DNA from: a virus
Lineage: Duplodnaviria; Caudoviricetes
IMG/VR virus record: IMGVR_UViG_3300029288_007102
Location: 1-64,000 of that record
DNA length: 64,000 nucleotides
Strand: one strand, 5' to 3'
In this document: piece after piece, positions 25,266-35,737 of the stretch
How positions within the stretch are numbered: position 1 is the first letter of the stretch
Layout of the letters: every line of letters starts with the position of its first letter
Program-made: the position numbers and the translations under genes
The notes under the pieces: model-generated
Database searches by the model: none
What the model was told of the DNA's origin: nothing
The model's input: the letters and a program-made list of their open reading frames with translations, nothing else

Positions 25266-27163
25266 TGGAGGATAGGATGAGGAAGGTAGCTGGTATATAT
25301 AAGGAAGCCGGGAACCAGATTATTAAGGATGTCTTGAAAGAATTTGGGGTTAACCTGGGGGTTCAACAGGTTGAGGAATTAAGGGACATTCTCCATGATG
25401 CAAAAGTAGCAATGGGGGCTAAAGGGGAACGGTTTACTGACTGGGATTGGGGTTCTATTGTATTTGAGTTTCTTAAGAGCAAAGGATTGTTGGATTCAAA
25501 GGGTGGGCATTGGACGAATTATCTAAAAGGAAATCTCCAAAATAAATCTTTCCTTTTAGGTGGCGAAGTTCCAGATCAAGATCAGATAAAAGATATAATT
25601 GAGACCATAGTGGATGACTACAATCAGCAATTTAAAGTGGAGGACACCTCGTCACCCAGTGCTCCGGATACTTCCAAGTTTATGGCCACCAGTGGTGGTT
25701 GGGCTAGAGTGCGGAATAAAGGGGAAGAGTATGTCCTGGAGATAGGAACCTCGTTCCCTAAGGCGAAAGAATTGATTGCGGAGTTGGAAAGTTCTGTTCC
25801 TGATATGGTAGTTCGTGAGCGGGGACAAGGATCTAATTATAATACTTATATCTTCTTGATCAAGGCTCAGGACCTGGAAGGGGAGCCTGGTTATAAAGTG
25901 ATTAGTGCAGATCTTAAAAATAAAGAGTTAACTGATATTATTTTAGGTGAAGCGGAAAAAGAATTTGGAGACGCATATAGAAATGCCCCTTTAGATGAGC
26001 GGGGAGGGATCCCTAATTTTGAGGAGATAATGGAAAGGAAACTTGGAAGAATTCCTGTTAAAGGGGATGCGTTGTACGAAGAGTATATAGAGATCAAAGA
26101 AGAGGCTGATTTAGCATCTGAAGTGGCAGGAGATTTAGAGTATGCATATAGGGTTAATAATAGTAGGGAAGAGATAGGAAAACTTGAGGATGAGTATCGG
26201 AATTTTTCTTCAAGATTCGCATCTATTCTTCAGAAGAAGTCTGAAGGAGAGTTTAGTATAGGAGATAAAATTATCTTTGAGAAAACAACACCACATATGA
26301 CAAACGGAAAAGAAGAACAAAAAGCTACTATTGTTGATAAAGAAACAACTGCTCATGGTGTTAGCTATAAAGTTAAATTTGGAAACAAAGAGTGGTGGTT
26401 AGATGAAGGGGTTAAATTAAGAAAGGCTTCTCTTACAAAACAATCTGATGGTGAAGAAACCTTTGGCGAGTATTTAAAAAATCATAATTTAGATTGTGAT
26501 TTAATTATAGCTGGGGCTGAAACGCCTGCCAGTTTTGTTTGGGATTCTGGCGTAATCGATTTTACAGGAGAAGGTAGGAAACAGTTCTCAGAAATTCTTG
26601 ATTCTCCTTTTAAGGTTTTAGAGAATGGAAATATAGAAGTTTTCTCCAAAGACTGGAAGTTGGGGGTTCTTTTTGTGGAAGCCGCAGCAGGTCTGATTGG
26701 GGATCAATTATATAAAAGATGGTTTGAGGAAAAGGATTTAGATAAAGAAAGTACCAATGGCGATCAGCCTTGGAATCAAACAGACTCTGATGTCAAACTA
26801 GAGGTGGCTAATATGAATGTAGCAAAAACAGAAGCGGACGAGATTAAAGATTTAATAAAACAATCCAAGAAGTTTAATTATGGGGATCTAGACAAGAAAC
26901 CATCCTGGAAACTTGAAACATCTAAAGATGGGAAGAAACAGATTGTGAAGGTCAACTCTATGGACCCGGCAGTTCTCAAGATCGTGGAGAATGATGGTTT
27001 GAGATATAAAGCTGGCCAGAATGTGTTTATGACCACTAGTGAAAATGGTGCGGAGCCTGTAGCGGTTGTTAAGTATGCGGGCGGCAATGAATATATAGTA
27101 GCGGACGCCACTGGCTACAAACGCCAGGTGGACAAAAACTTACTATTTGAGGGAGTTGAATAA
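25265..27163 (+). CDS. Large acidic mosaic protein (putative polyprotein)
   Basis: RKVAG, KEAG, KKSEG, RKASLTKQSDG, KEST junctions; SH3-like modules. Confidence 0.65.
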   Translation: MEDRMRKVAGIYKEAGNQIIKDVLKEFGVNLGVQQVEELRDILHDAKVAMGAKGERFTDWDWGSIVFEFLKSKGLLDSKGGHWTNYLKGNLQNKSFLLGGEVPDQDQIKDIIETIVDDYNQQFKVEDTSSPSAPDTSKFMATSGGWARVRNKGEEYVLEIGTSFPKAKELIAELESSVPDMVVRERGQGSNYNTYIFLIKAQDLEGEPGYKVISADLKNKELTDIILGEAEKEFGDAYRNAPLDERGGIPNFEEIMERKLGRIPVKGDALYEEYIEIKEEADLASEVAGDLEYAYRVNNSREEIGKLEDEYRNFSSRFASILQKKSEGEFSIGDKIIFEKTTPHMTNGKEEQKATIVDKETTAHGVSYKVKFGNKEWWLDEGVKLRKASLTKQSDGEETFGEYLKNHNLDCDLIIAGAETPASFVWDSGVIDFTGEGRKQFSEILDSPFKVLENGNIEVFSKDWKLGVLFVEAAAGLIGDQLYKRWFEEKDLDKESTNGDQPWNQTDSDVKLEVANMNVAKTEADEIKDLIKQSKKFNYGDLDKKPSWKLETSKDGKKQIVKVNSMDPAVLKIVENDGLRYKAGQNVFMTTSENGAEPVAVVKYAGGNEYIVADATGYKRQVDKNLLFEGVE

Positions 27164-27164
27164 C

Positions 27165-28613
27165 ATGGCAGACATTAAAAAGGAAGCGGGAGCAAGTACA
27201 GATCAGGTTACTAAGACACTTATGGGGATCCAATGGGCAGGGACCTATAACCGGGAAGAATTATTGCAGCTGGAAGAGAATCTTCGCTATATGATTGAAG
27301 CCAAACAGTATGGTTACAAATATATAGAGAATTATCTATATGGCTTAGGATTTTCTCTAGATCTCATCCGTAAAGCTTTTAGACGGATTACTGGGGTTAG
27401 CCCGCTTCAATATATCAATAATGACGCCTATATGAATACTCCGGCCAGTATGCCCAGATTAAATTATGGCTGGGGAGAATCTAAAGACAAGAAGTATGAC
27501 TATTATTTTATTATGGGTTGGAATAATGATGCCTCACCCTCACGCTTTGGTTATAGTATCTTTGGACAAAAGGGAGATGCTATTAGAGATGAAGTAGAAC
27601 CATTTATAACTTTAAATGAAGCTAGGATAGCGGCCAAGAAGATGGTGAAAGATTTGATCTTCTTAGATATGCCTTTAGATATTGATCTGGACAAGATCGA
27701 TGAGGATTACCAAACTGTAGATGAGCCAGTGATCACTGCGGCCAAGAAAGAGAAAGAGCATGAAAGTGAAATTATAGTTGGCAATACGGTCAACGTTGCT
27801 TTAGATGACAAGGAAGCGACCTGGGGGTCTATCAGCGAGTATGCCACTGTCCGTGAACTGAAAGGACAGAAGGCTACAGTGGAATTTGCCAACGGTACTA
27901 CCCAAGAAGTTTCATTAAAGAATCTAACTAAGATTGCTGCCGAAGTAGAACCGGAAGAGAAGAATGAAGTTGTGCAAAAGATGCAAGAAGAAGTAGAAGA
28001 TACAAAAGCGAAACCCTACAATGAACTCGCCAAGAGTGAATCTCCGCAAGAATTCTTTGAGGATAGCTTAGCCGACCAAGATGCCAGGATGGCTGAGATT
28101 ATTCAGAAGAATACAGGCAAAGTCCTCGATTACCTTAAAAATAAGGCTTCGTCATTCCACGCCTTTAAGATTACCGTTAAAGATTTTAAATATAATAGCA
28201 AAGATCTTGAGGAAAAGATCAAGCGTACTCCAGAGATAGCGGGTAAGCATGTGGAGGAGTTTTTTGCCTCTACAGCTATTATCCCTGTGGTTTTGACGAT
28301 TGAGGATGTAACTCTGCCGACGGATATAAACACAAAGGGTGGGCTTATTGTTTTTTCTATTGTAGACGGCAATGTCACAAGTTCTGATAATTTTAAAGGT
28401 GAAGATAATAATATTTATGCTTTAACTGAAACCGGGTTGAATGCATATTTTGAACAAGAGCGACTGGAACATCCCAGTGAGCAGCAACAGTCTTTAACGG
28501 TAGAGGAAGGGGAAAAACTCCCTATTGAAGAGGAAGAAAAAAAAGAAGAGGGTTCTCCGGAAGTTCCTCCGTCTCCGTTAGAGCAAGAAACAAAAGAACC
28601 TCTTGTAACTTAA
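27165..28613 (+). CDS. Putative head-associated protein upstream of portal
   Basis: MADIKKEAG start; SH3-like insert between TAAK and KIAA. Confidence 0.6.
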   Translation: MADIKKEAGASTDQVTKTLMGIQWAGTYNREELLQLEENLRYMIEAKQYGYKYIENYLYGLGFSLDLIRKAFRRITGVSPLQYINNDAYMNTPASMPRLNYGWGESKDKKYDYYFIMGWNNDASPSRFGYSIFGQKGDAIRDEVEPFITLNEARIAAKKMVKDLIFLDMPLDIDLDKIDEDYQTVDEPVITAAKKEKEHESEIIVGNTVNVALDDKEATWGSISEYATVRELKGQKATVEFANGTTQEVSLKNLTKIAAEVEPEEKNEVVQKMQEEVEDTKAKPYNELAKSESPQEFFEDSLADQDARMAEIIQKNTGKVLDYLKNKASSFHAFKITVKDFKYNSKDLEEKIKRTPEIAGKHVEEFFASTAIIPVVLTIEDVTLPTDINTKGGLIVFSIVDGNVTSSDNFKGEDNNIYALTETGLNAYFEQERLEHPSEQQQSLTVEEGEKLPIEEEEKKEEGSPEVPPSPLEQETKEPLVT

Positions 28614-28635
28614 TCGAATGAAAGGTGTGAATTAA

Positions 28636-30297
28636 ATGGCAGAGAATAGAGATGCGAAGTTTTTAAGGAAAGCATATAAGGCTTTAGAGGAAACGGAACC
28701 GCTTATATATCGGGCCAGTTTGCATAACGATAAAGATCCTGATAAAAAATCAGATCTCGTTAAGCAGGCTCAGATGATGGTTTGGGAGGGCGGATCCTCT
28801 CAGGCACCTAGAGTTCCTTTGCTTTATATGGATCCGCTTATGGATCCTATTCTCTTTCTCTATCCCCGGGGAGAATCTAGGGAATCGGTAAAACAGATTA
28901 ATGTCAGATTAAGACATTATTATGAAACCCATAGATTAGTGGGGAATATAATCGATTTACATAGCGAATTTCCTTTATCTGACTTCACCCTAAGAACTAA
29001 AGATCCTGCTATTACAAAATATTACAACGACTTCAAGGATGATATAGGGTTATTGCAGGATATGATTTGTTGGTTGAAAGACTACTGGCTATTAGGTGAA
29101 GCGATTGTTTATGGCAATTGGGATGTAATCAATCGTAAATGGAGCTATTTTAATCAATATCCGCCTGAATCCATTGAGATCCGTTCTACTTATAGTGGTG
29201 GTGGGGCAATTTATCTGCTCTACCCAGATGATGATCCGGAATTAAAACGTATTTGTATGAGTTCTGATCCAATTGATGAGGCAATCCGGAAACAGATGCC
29301 AGGAGAGTTCGTGGAAGCGGTCAAGGCTGGCAAGCCAATGGTTTTGGATAACTCCCGGGTAATGCATTTTGCAAGAAAGCCGAATAAATATGCCAGGCGT
29401 GGTGTATCTATTGTTCGCCGGGCGATTAAAGATTTGATGTATGAAGACAAATTGAGGAATTTGCAACTGACGTTTGTGGATCGTCATATGTTCCCAATTA
29501 AAGTGTTTAAATTGGGAGATAAAGGTTTGGGCTGGATACCGTCAGCTAAACATTTTACCAAATTCCAGTCTCTGTTAGGGCAAGCGGCTAACGATCCTGA
29601 TTTTAATATTATTTATCACTTTGGGTTAGAAATTGATTATGTAGGAACTAAAGATAAGATTGCAAATTTAATCCCTGAATTTGAGTTTGTGGAAAAGGCA
29701 ATTCTTTTAGCCTTATTTGCAAACGATACAGTTGTTCATGGAGATATGACAACTTATGCTGGGCAAGCTATTTCTATGAGGGTGTTACTTAATAGGTATT
29801 TGACAGTGCGTACTCAGTTGGAGAAAGATGTTCGAAATAAGATCTTCTTGCCAATGGCCAGGGAGATGGACTTTAAAGACAAAGAGGGTCGGTATATTCT
29901 TCCTGAGTTTATGTGGGAAAAGACGAATCTGTTATCCAATACAACGCAGCAGGACTTTGTTTTATCTATGCGGGATAAAGGGGATTTGCCGATGGCGTTG
30001 GTGTGTGACATCTTTGGTTGGGACAAAAAGATTATACAGGAACAGATTAAAGAAGAGATGGGTACGGTATTTGATCCTGTTTGGAGAGAAATCTACAAGT
30101 CTATGTCTGAAGATGAATTCTATCAAGAGCAGATCTTTAAAGGCAAGAAGTATGATGAATGGCAGAGTAAAGAAAAGGAAGAGAAGGCCGAGAAGCTGCA
30201 GACGACTACCCCCCCAACAGAAGGTAAAGGGGTAGAGAAAGAAAAGAAGACTGAATCTGAGGAGCCTCCGTTCTTGGGTGGTAAGGAGATAACCTGA
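28636..30297 (+). CDS. Portal protein
   Basis: IIDLHSEFPLS, LLGEAIVY, VMHFARK...RGVSIVRRA; size and position before protease and capsid. Confidence 0.88.
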   Translation: MAENRDAKFLRKAYKALEETEPLIYRASLHNDKDPDKKSDLVKQAQMMVWEGGSSQAPRVPLLYMDPLMDPILFLYPRGESRESVKQINVRLRHYYETHRLVGNIIDLHSEFPLSDFTLRTKDPAITKYYNDFKDDIGLLQDMICWLKDYWLLGEAIVYGNWDVINRKWSYFNQYPPESIEIRSTYSGGGAIYLLYPDDDPELKRICMSSDPIDEAIRKQMPGEFVEAVKAGKPMVLDNSRVMHFARKPNKYARRGVSIVRRAIKDLMYEDKLRNLQLTFVDRHMFPIKVFKLGDKGLGWIPSAKHFTKFQSLLGQAANDPDFNIIYHFGLEIDYVGTKDKIANLIPEFEFVEKAILLALFANDTVVHGDMTTYAGQAISMRVLLNRYLTVRTQLEKDVRNKIFLPMAREMDFKDKEGRYILPEFMWEKTNLLSNTTQQDFVLSMRDKGDLPMALVCDIFGWDKKIIQEQIKEEMGTVFDPVWREIYKSMSEDEFYQEQIFKGKKYDEWQSKEKEEKAEKLQTTTPPTEGKGVEKEKKTESEEPPFLGGKEIT

Positions 30298-30539
30298 TGA
30301 GAAAGTATCTCTCTTCCCGTACACGCTATACAGAATCTAACCAAGAGATTGAGATGTTTTCTGGGAAGATAAAAAGTTGCATAGTCGGACTTAAAAGGGT
30401 TGCTGAAGAGCTTGATCTGGATCTTATGACCATTAGCCATTTAGGTCGGGTAGAAGAAGCCTTAGAATCCTTTACCCGGGAAGCTAGTGGGGAAATTGAG
30501 CAGGCAGAAGAGGAGAGGAAGAAAAATGAAATGGCTTAA
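30297..30539 (+). CDS. Hypothetical protein
   Basis: TGATG coupling to portal. Confidence 0.55.
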   Translation: MRKYLSSRTRYTESNQEIEMFSGKIKSCIVGLKRVAEELDLDLMTISHLGRVEEALESFTREASGEIEQAEEERKKNEMA

Positions 30540-30816
30540 AGCGGAGGAAGCCTATAAAACTGATGAGGAAATCGCTCGTCAATTTGAGGGATATAAGATT
30601 AGAAATATAGAGTTCAATCCTAGTGGAGAGAGTGGAACGCTTGAGATAGAATTCCCGAATGCTGGGGAGTCGGTTGCAGGCGGCCAGGATTATGTGTTGG
30701 AACATTTTATCATCTACAACACAGGACAGATTGCTTTTGATAATTGGTACCCGGAACAGACATATGACGAATTTGTGAATTATATTAGGAACAAACAGAA
30801 TGAAAAAAAGAGGTGA
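30526..30816 (+). CDS. W-leader small protein (MKWLKAEEA)
   Basis: GAGG RBS before ATG 30526. Confidence 0.7.
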   Translation: MKWLKAEEAYKTDEEIARQFEGYKIRNIEFNPSGESGTLEIEFPNAGESVAGGQDYVLEHFIIYNTGQIAFDNWYPEQTYDEFVNYIRNKQNEKKR

Positions 30817-31016
30817 GAGATATGAGTTTCTTCAAAACCGGAGCAGTTGAAAAAATTATTGGTATATTTAAATCTGGCAAGAAAGATGAGGTTGCTGCAA
30901 ACAAACCTATTATTTGCAGTAAGTGTGGCAGGTTGATAGATCTCAAGACTAAGGTTGCTAGTATAAAATGTTTGTGTGGGAACGAGATTGTTCTGCCAAA
31001 GGAGACTAAAAACTAA
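30813..31016 (+). CDS. Small Zn-ribbon protein
   Basis: CSKC...CLCG. Confidence 0.6.
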   Translation: MRDMSFFKTGAVEKIIGIFKSGKKDEVAANKPIICSKCGRLIDLKTKVASIKCLCGNEIVLPKETKN

Positions 31017-31450
31017 TGATTTATCCTGTGAGTTTTTTTAAAGACAAAGACAATAAAGCTTTAATGGAGAGGGTTGAGACAGAAGGTTTGATGGATATAG
31101 AGAATGAAGACCTCACTCCTGAAGGTTTAATTGCCAAGATGTATGAATGGGATGAAAGCGAACACGGGGTTGAGGCGGGGATTTATGATTTGACTAAAAA
31201 GGAATTGGAAGAAGTGGGGTATTTGATGCCTTGGGATATTAGGCGGATAGCCTCTAAGGACGCTCCATTCGGCTCTGTTGAATGGCAGGACCAGAAGATT
31301 GAAGAGATCAAAGAAAAGTTGGATCGTGGTGAAGAATTGGATCAGATGGATATAGATTTTATGGAAGTCCAACATCAACATAACCTGAGACACAAATTAT
31401 ATAAATTAAATTCAACTCCAGGGAAAACTAATGGCCAGGTTAAGGGGTAA
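31016..31450 (+). CDS. Hypothetical protein
   Basis: GGAG RBS. Confidence 0.6.
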   Translation: MIYPVSFFKDKDNKALMERVETEGLMDIENEDLTPEGLIAKMYEWDESEHGVEAGIYDLTKKELEEVGYLMPWDIRRIASKDAPFGSVEWQDQKIEEIKEKLDRGEELDQMDIDFMEVQHQHNLRHKLYKLNSTPGKTNGQVKG

Positions 31451-31453
31451 CTT

Positions 31454-31747
31454 ATGTGCGATAAATGTCTACAACGCCAAGCCAAAGCCCCGGTAGATCA
31501 TAGTTATTTATCTTTGGTGGAGCTCCAGAAAAAGAAATATACTGATGTCCGGTTTGTGGCCAGAGATAGGGCTTGCCCGATATGTAGAAGAGTACATAAT
31601 TTAAAAGTGAAGATTGACAAGTTGCTTTCGGAAACAGATTATGAGGCTTCAATTTATACCTTAGCTCATCCAGGTTGTCAGTGTTTTTTGGAAGTAAGCG
31701 GAAGAGGGTTGCGGACAGTTAAATTTGATTATAGAGGGTTGCGATAG
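31454..31747 (+). CDS. Minimal Mu gpF/SPP1 gp7-like head morphogenesis protein
   Basis: RACPIC...HPGCQC motif; between portal and protease. Confidence 0.65.
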   Translation: MCDKCLQRQAKAPVDHSYLSLVELQKKKYTDVRFVARDRACPICRRVHNLKVKIDKLLSETDYEASIYTLAHPGCQCFLEVSGRGLRTVKFDYRGLR

Positions 31748-31756
31748 GAGGAGTAA

Positions 31757-34033
31757 ATGTTTATCAGATTAGGGACGTTGGAGAAGGTAAGTGTTCTCCA
31801 GGGGTTTAAGCGAGAGGCGAGTTTGGCATCAGAATGGAGAGACATTGTTGCAGGAACGTCTTATGTGCAACAAAATGATGTCTTTGATTATGATACTGAA
31901 AATTTCTTGTATTTTAGGTGCCGGGCAGTAAGCCCTGGCCCTAATGGGAATGGCGACTTCTTTCCGCCTCCAGAAATAAAAAAAGCTTACAAGACTTTTA
32001 TAGGTAAACCATTTTGTATTGAGCATGATTCAGATAGTCCTGATAAAGCACGAGGGGTTATTTTAGATGCCAGTCTACATGAAGATCCTGATGATTTTTA
32101 TGTAGAATGCTTGGTGGCGGTAGATAAGGTGCGGTACCCAGACATTGCTCGGAATTTGGAGTTAGGGATTCTTAATTCTGTTTCGATGGGCTGTGTGTGT
32201 TCGGAAGCTGAATGTTCTATTTGTCATAATGTGGCCAGGGACACTGAGCATCTGTGCCCACATATGAATAAAGATGACCTTCGTTATGTGAAAGGTAGAT
32301 CTAATGATGCGTATGAAATTAACCGGGGGATTAGTTATGTTGAGTTGTCAGGCGTAAGGAATCCTGCGTTTAACGATACAAAGATTTTTGAAGTAATGGC
32401 ATCACAATTGAACGACAAACTAAAGAACGAGCTGAAGAGATATGCGAGTTCTAAACGGGAGGGGGCGGAGGAAAATATGGCAGTGGGATCTGAGAGTGTC
32501 AGGGCTAGTCAGAATTCAGGTACTTCAAAGTTACGCAAATTGGTGAATAGTATTTCAGGTATTAAGGAAAAACCTGTACATGGGGATTTCGATTTAGGAG
32601 AAGGGAATATTTTAAGGTCCTTTAGGGCAGCGGATAATAGGATCTTAATGCAACTGTTTAAACAAGGGCAAGCTGAAAATGTGTTTATTGAGCCTATCTA
32701 TGGAGACTTATCGATAGAACAAAAGGCGAAGAAATATAAGGCGGCTCTAAATTTAGGGGGAATAGAAGGTTCTATTAAAACAGAGAAGGAAATCAAGAAG
32801 GAAGTAGCGACAAAAACGAAAGAGACCTGCAAAAAAGCAGAAAAGGAGGAAGTGAATATGTTCAATTTAAGTTATGTAGAAGGTACTTCGCTGGATACCA
32901 GTTATTTCCTGGCTAAAGAGGGGGATAAAGAACATAAGGTAAAAGCTAGTGAAGTTGTTCCAAAAGACATACAAGATTCGATCTTGGCGGGAAAGACTGA
33001 TACCGTCATCTCTCCAGAACAAGCTGTTGAACAGATTGTTAAGGAATGTGGTAGTACCCTGCAAGGGTTCCAGAAGTGGTCCTTGATGGAGAAGGTGAAG
33101 AATATCCGTCGGGCAAAGATGAAAAAGGTAGAGAAGAAAGAAGAGAAAAAGGAAGCGTCTGAAAAGCCAGTGGAAAAAGAAGTTGTCAAGGCGGCAGAAG
33201 ATCGGAAAGCTAAGATTAAGGCTATAATTGAGGCCGCTCGGGCTCGTAGGGCAGCCAAGGTAGCAGAGGCTCCTGTTGTAGAATCTGCCGAAACACCTAA
33301 GGTAGAGCCTGTAGAAAAAGTTGTTGAGGCTCCAGTCCAAGCTTCTGCTCTTACCCCAGAACGGAGAAAAGAGCTTGCTGCTCGGGCACATAAGAGAGCA
33401 ATCATTGCTCGGATGAAATTGAGGAAGAAAGCAAATTACATGAACATAGAAGATTCCTCAATTCGTTCAGAAGAGAAAGAAGAAAAAGGAGATCTCAATC
33501 TTCAGGGCACAGATCAAGTGGCCCAGAACGTTAAAGAGCAGAAGGTCGGTATGACTGGTCCTACTGGAAATGCGGGAGGCAAAGTAAAGGAGTATTACAA
33601 TAAGCTCGGCAGTCCAAGCGGTGGTACCCCGACACCTGGCGACAATTGGGCAATGAAGACTTCGGCTCTTGAGAAAGAGGTTGAAGATTTAAAAAAGAAA
33701 ACCGCTGCTTTAGAAGCAGAGAACACCCTGTTGACCAAGAAAGCGGCAATGAAAGAGAAGGCTGAGATGATTGATCAAATCATTTCTGGCTTGGATTTCG
33801 AGAGTGAAGAAGAGAAGAGTAAGACAATTGAAGAGTTGGCCTCTATGGATGCTGAGAAATTGCAGACCACTTTACAATTGAAGGCAAAGACTGCAAGTAA
33901 AGCTACTCCGATGCCGAAGACTGCCGGATTAGAAGCGGTCAATAATATTCCTCCTGTGTTTGCTGCTCAGGATTCACGCAGCACAGTAGATAAACTGTCG
34001 GATATTATGGAGAACGAAGTTCCGAAGATATAG
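31757..34033 (+). CDS. Prohead (maturation) protease fused to scaffolding domain
   Basis: NGNGDFF, IEHD, SVSMGC, ELSGVRNPA; Zn-finger CSIC..LCPH; long K/E/A-rich helical C-terminus. Confidence 0.85.
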   Translation: MFIRLGTLEKVSVLQGFKREASLASEWRDIVAGTSYVQQNDVFDYDTENFLYFRCRAVSPGPNGNGDFFPPPEIKKAYKTFIGKPFCIEHDSDSPDKARGVILDASLHEDPDDFYVECLVAVDKVRYPDIARNLELGILNSVSMGCVCSEAECSICHNVARDTEHLCPHMNKDDLRYVKGRSNDAYEINRGISYVELSGVRNPAFNDTKIFEVMASQLNDKLKNELKRYASSKREGAEENMAVGSESVRASQNSGTSKLRKLVNSISGIKEKPVHGDFDLGEGNILRSFRAADNRILMQLFKQGQAENVFIEPIYGDLSIEQKAKKYKAALNLGGIEGSIKTEKEIKKEVATKTKETCKKAEKEEVNMFNLSYVEGTSLDTSYFLAKEGDKEHKVKASEVVPKDIQDSILAGKTDTVISPEQAVEQIVKECGSTLQGFQKWSLMEKVKNIRRAKMKKVEKKEEKKEASEKPVEKEVVKAAEDRKAKIKAIIEAARARRAAKVAEAPVVESAETPKVEPVEKVVEAPVQASALTPERRKELAARAHKRAIIARMKLRKKANYMNIEDSSIRSEEKEEKGDLNLQGTDQVAQNVKEQKVGMTGPTGNAGGKVKEYYNKLGSPSGGTPTPGDNWAMKTSALEKEVEDLKKKTAALEAENTLLTKKAAMKEKAEMIDQIISGLDFESEEEKSKTIEELASMDAEKLQTTLQLKAKTASKATPMPKTAGLEAVNNIPPVFAAQDSRSTVDKLSDIMENEVPKI

Positions 34034-34113
34034 TTAAAAGACTATATATATCAATTGAATAGAATATGTGACTTGAATTTTAGAATCATCAAAAGTAAGG
34101 AGAGTGAACACCT

Positions 34114-34581
34114 ATGTTGAATGTAGACTACAAAGTGTTAGAAGATGCTACTCGTAGCGTCAATTCTGCAACCACTCTTACTGCTGGCGTACCTGTCAGC
34201 ATTAACTCCTCTGGTGAGATCCTTCTGGCCGCTGATGGCGTCTGCGTGTATGGACTGTCTAAAGTGGACAAGAATGCTTACCGGGATGAGACCTCTGGTT
34301 TACCCGCAGGAGTTTATGGCGGCGGGAAAGCCTCAGTAGTGGTTAGCGGAATCGTTACAGTTAGCCCAAGCACCTACACTACTTCTACTGGTTCCGATGC
34401 GACAATCAATGTTTATAACACTGCTTTGAGCTATTGGATTTTCCAACCTCTGTATGCTAACGCTGGCTTGATCAGCAACGTTAACAGCGGTGCGTTGAAG
34501 AAAGTCGGTGTTGTCTTGATTCCGCCTACTGCTACTAATACTAGTATGCAGCTGATTCTGGATTCCAGTAAGTTGATGTAG
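34114..34581 (+). CDS. Head decoration/cement protein
   Basis: Small beta-rich protein between scaffold and capsid; VGVVLIPP C-terminal motif. Confidence 0.65.
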   Translation: MLNVDYKVLEDATRSVNSATTLTAGVPVSINSSGEILLAADGVCVYGLSKVDKNAYRDETSGLPAGVYGGGKASVVVSGIVTVSPSTYTTSTGSDATINVYNTALSYWIFQPLYANAGLISNVNSGALKKVGVVLIPPTATNTSMQLILDSSKLM

Positions 34582-34671
34582 TAGAAACACCAGCACTAAA
34601 ACATTGAAAACGAATTGAATGATATTTGAATTGACTGAAAAAGACTCAACTTTGAAAAAATGGAGATCACA

Positions 34672-35610
34672 ATGTCTTTTTCACCCCGTGAACAAGAACT
34701 GGTCGGCTTGATTAAGAGTCTTGCCGACAAAACGGGTGGATTCACGAAACAGGCATCTTCTGAGGAAGTTCCGATCCAGGTCAAGGAACGGATGTTCTCA
34801 GAGATCTGGCAGGGTCCAAATAGGCTCTTCCGTGTAGCCCAGATGTTTCAGAAGCCTTTAAAAAAGCTGAATGATTACTATGGTGTTGCTCGGAAAGCTA
34901 TATTTGTAGACACAATGCCAGCAGGTGAGATCCCAGCGTATGACAAAGATATCCAAGAATTCGCCAGTGTAAAAATTGCTATGAAGGGTGCTCCTCCGCA
35001 AGTGGAGCCGAACATTCTGCGTGTACAATTCCCGACATGGGATTTGGCCATCACAGAACGAGTTCGGTATTCGGATATTCAGATTGTGCGTTATCCGGCT
35101 TTCGACCGGGCAAAAGAACGGTGTGCAATTGCTAATGCGATTGCGGAAGATACCGAATTCTTTGCTCTGTTGCTGGCTGCTACCACAGTCGGTCCGAATG
35201 TAAACTTAACAGCATCTTCTCTAACGAGAAGCATCCTGGCGGATGCGTTTGGAACAATCTTAGCGAACCAGCTGACCGTTGGTTCGGTCATACTTAATCC
35301 TTGGGATGCGAAAGACATCCTAAAGTGGACTGCAACTGATCTTGATCAAGTCACATTGTACAACGTGACCACTCAAGGTCTGTTAGGGCAGATCTGGAAT
35401 GCGAAGTTCTTAGTTTCGACTAGGATCCCTCGTGGTTCAGTATATGTCTGTGCAGTTCCGGAGAAATTGGGAGTATTACCTGAAAGAAAGCCTGTGGAAG
35501 TCAAAGTATTTGACAATTCACCTGGTTTGGAATTCTTGATGACGGCTTGGAGCCACATCGGTATGGGCATACACAACACCTACGGTGTTGTTCGTATTGA
35601 CATTACCTAA
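34672..35610 (+). CDS. Major capsid protein (HK97 fold)
   Basis: DYYGVARKAIFVD..P.G..P.YDKD, AIAEDTEFF, ILNP.D..DI; strong codon bias; followed by hairpin. Confidence 0.88.
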   Translation: MSFSPREQELVGLIKSLADKTGGFTKQASSEEVPIQVKERMFSEIWQGPNRLFRVAQMFQKPLKKLNDYYGVARKAIFVDTMPAGEIPAYDKDIQEFASVKIAMKGAPPQVEPNILRVQFPTWDLAITERVRYSDIQIVRYPAFDRAKERCAIANAIAEDTEFFALLLAATTVGPNVNLTASSLTRSILADAFGTILANQLTVGSVILNPWDAKDILKWTATDLDQVTLYNVTTQGLLGQIWNAKFLVSTRIPRGSVYVCAVPEKLGVLPERKPVEVKVFDNSPGLEFLMTAWSHIGMGIHNTYGVVRIDIT

Positions 35611-35644
35611 TTGGTTTTAAGTTGTTTTTGAGAGTTGTTGTATC

Positions 35645-35682
35645 CTCTGTAGCCCTACTCTGTGAAGGGTAGGGTTGCAGAG
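35645..35682 (+). terminator. Strong hairpin after capsid gene
   Basis: CTCTGTAGCCCTACTC-TGTGAA-GGGTAGGGTTGCAGAG. Confidence 0.6.
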
Positions 35683-35737
35683 ACTTTAAAGAAGGAACTC
35701 AGTGAATGAACTGAGAATAAAATTAGGAGGAACGAAT

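Noticed and set aside
16089-35610. Inteins or introns in terminase, portal, protease or capsid
   Set aside because: Sizes are ordinary and no intein C1/HN motifs or interrupted frames were seen
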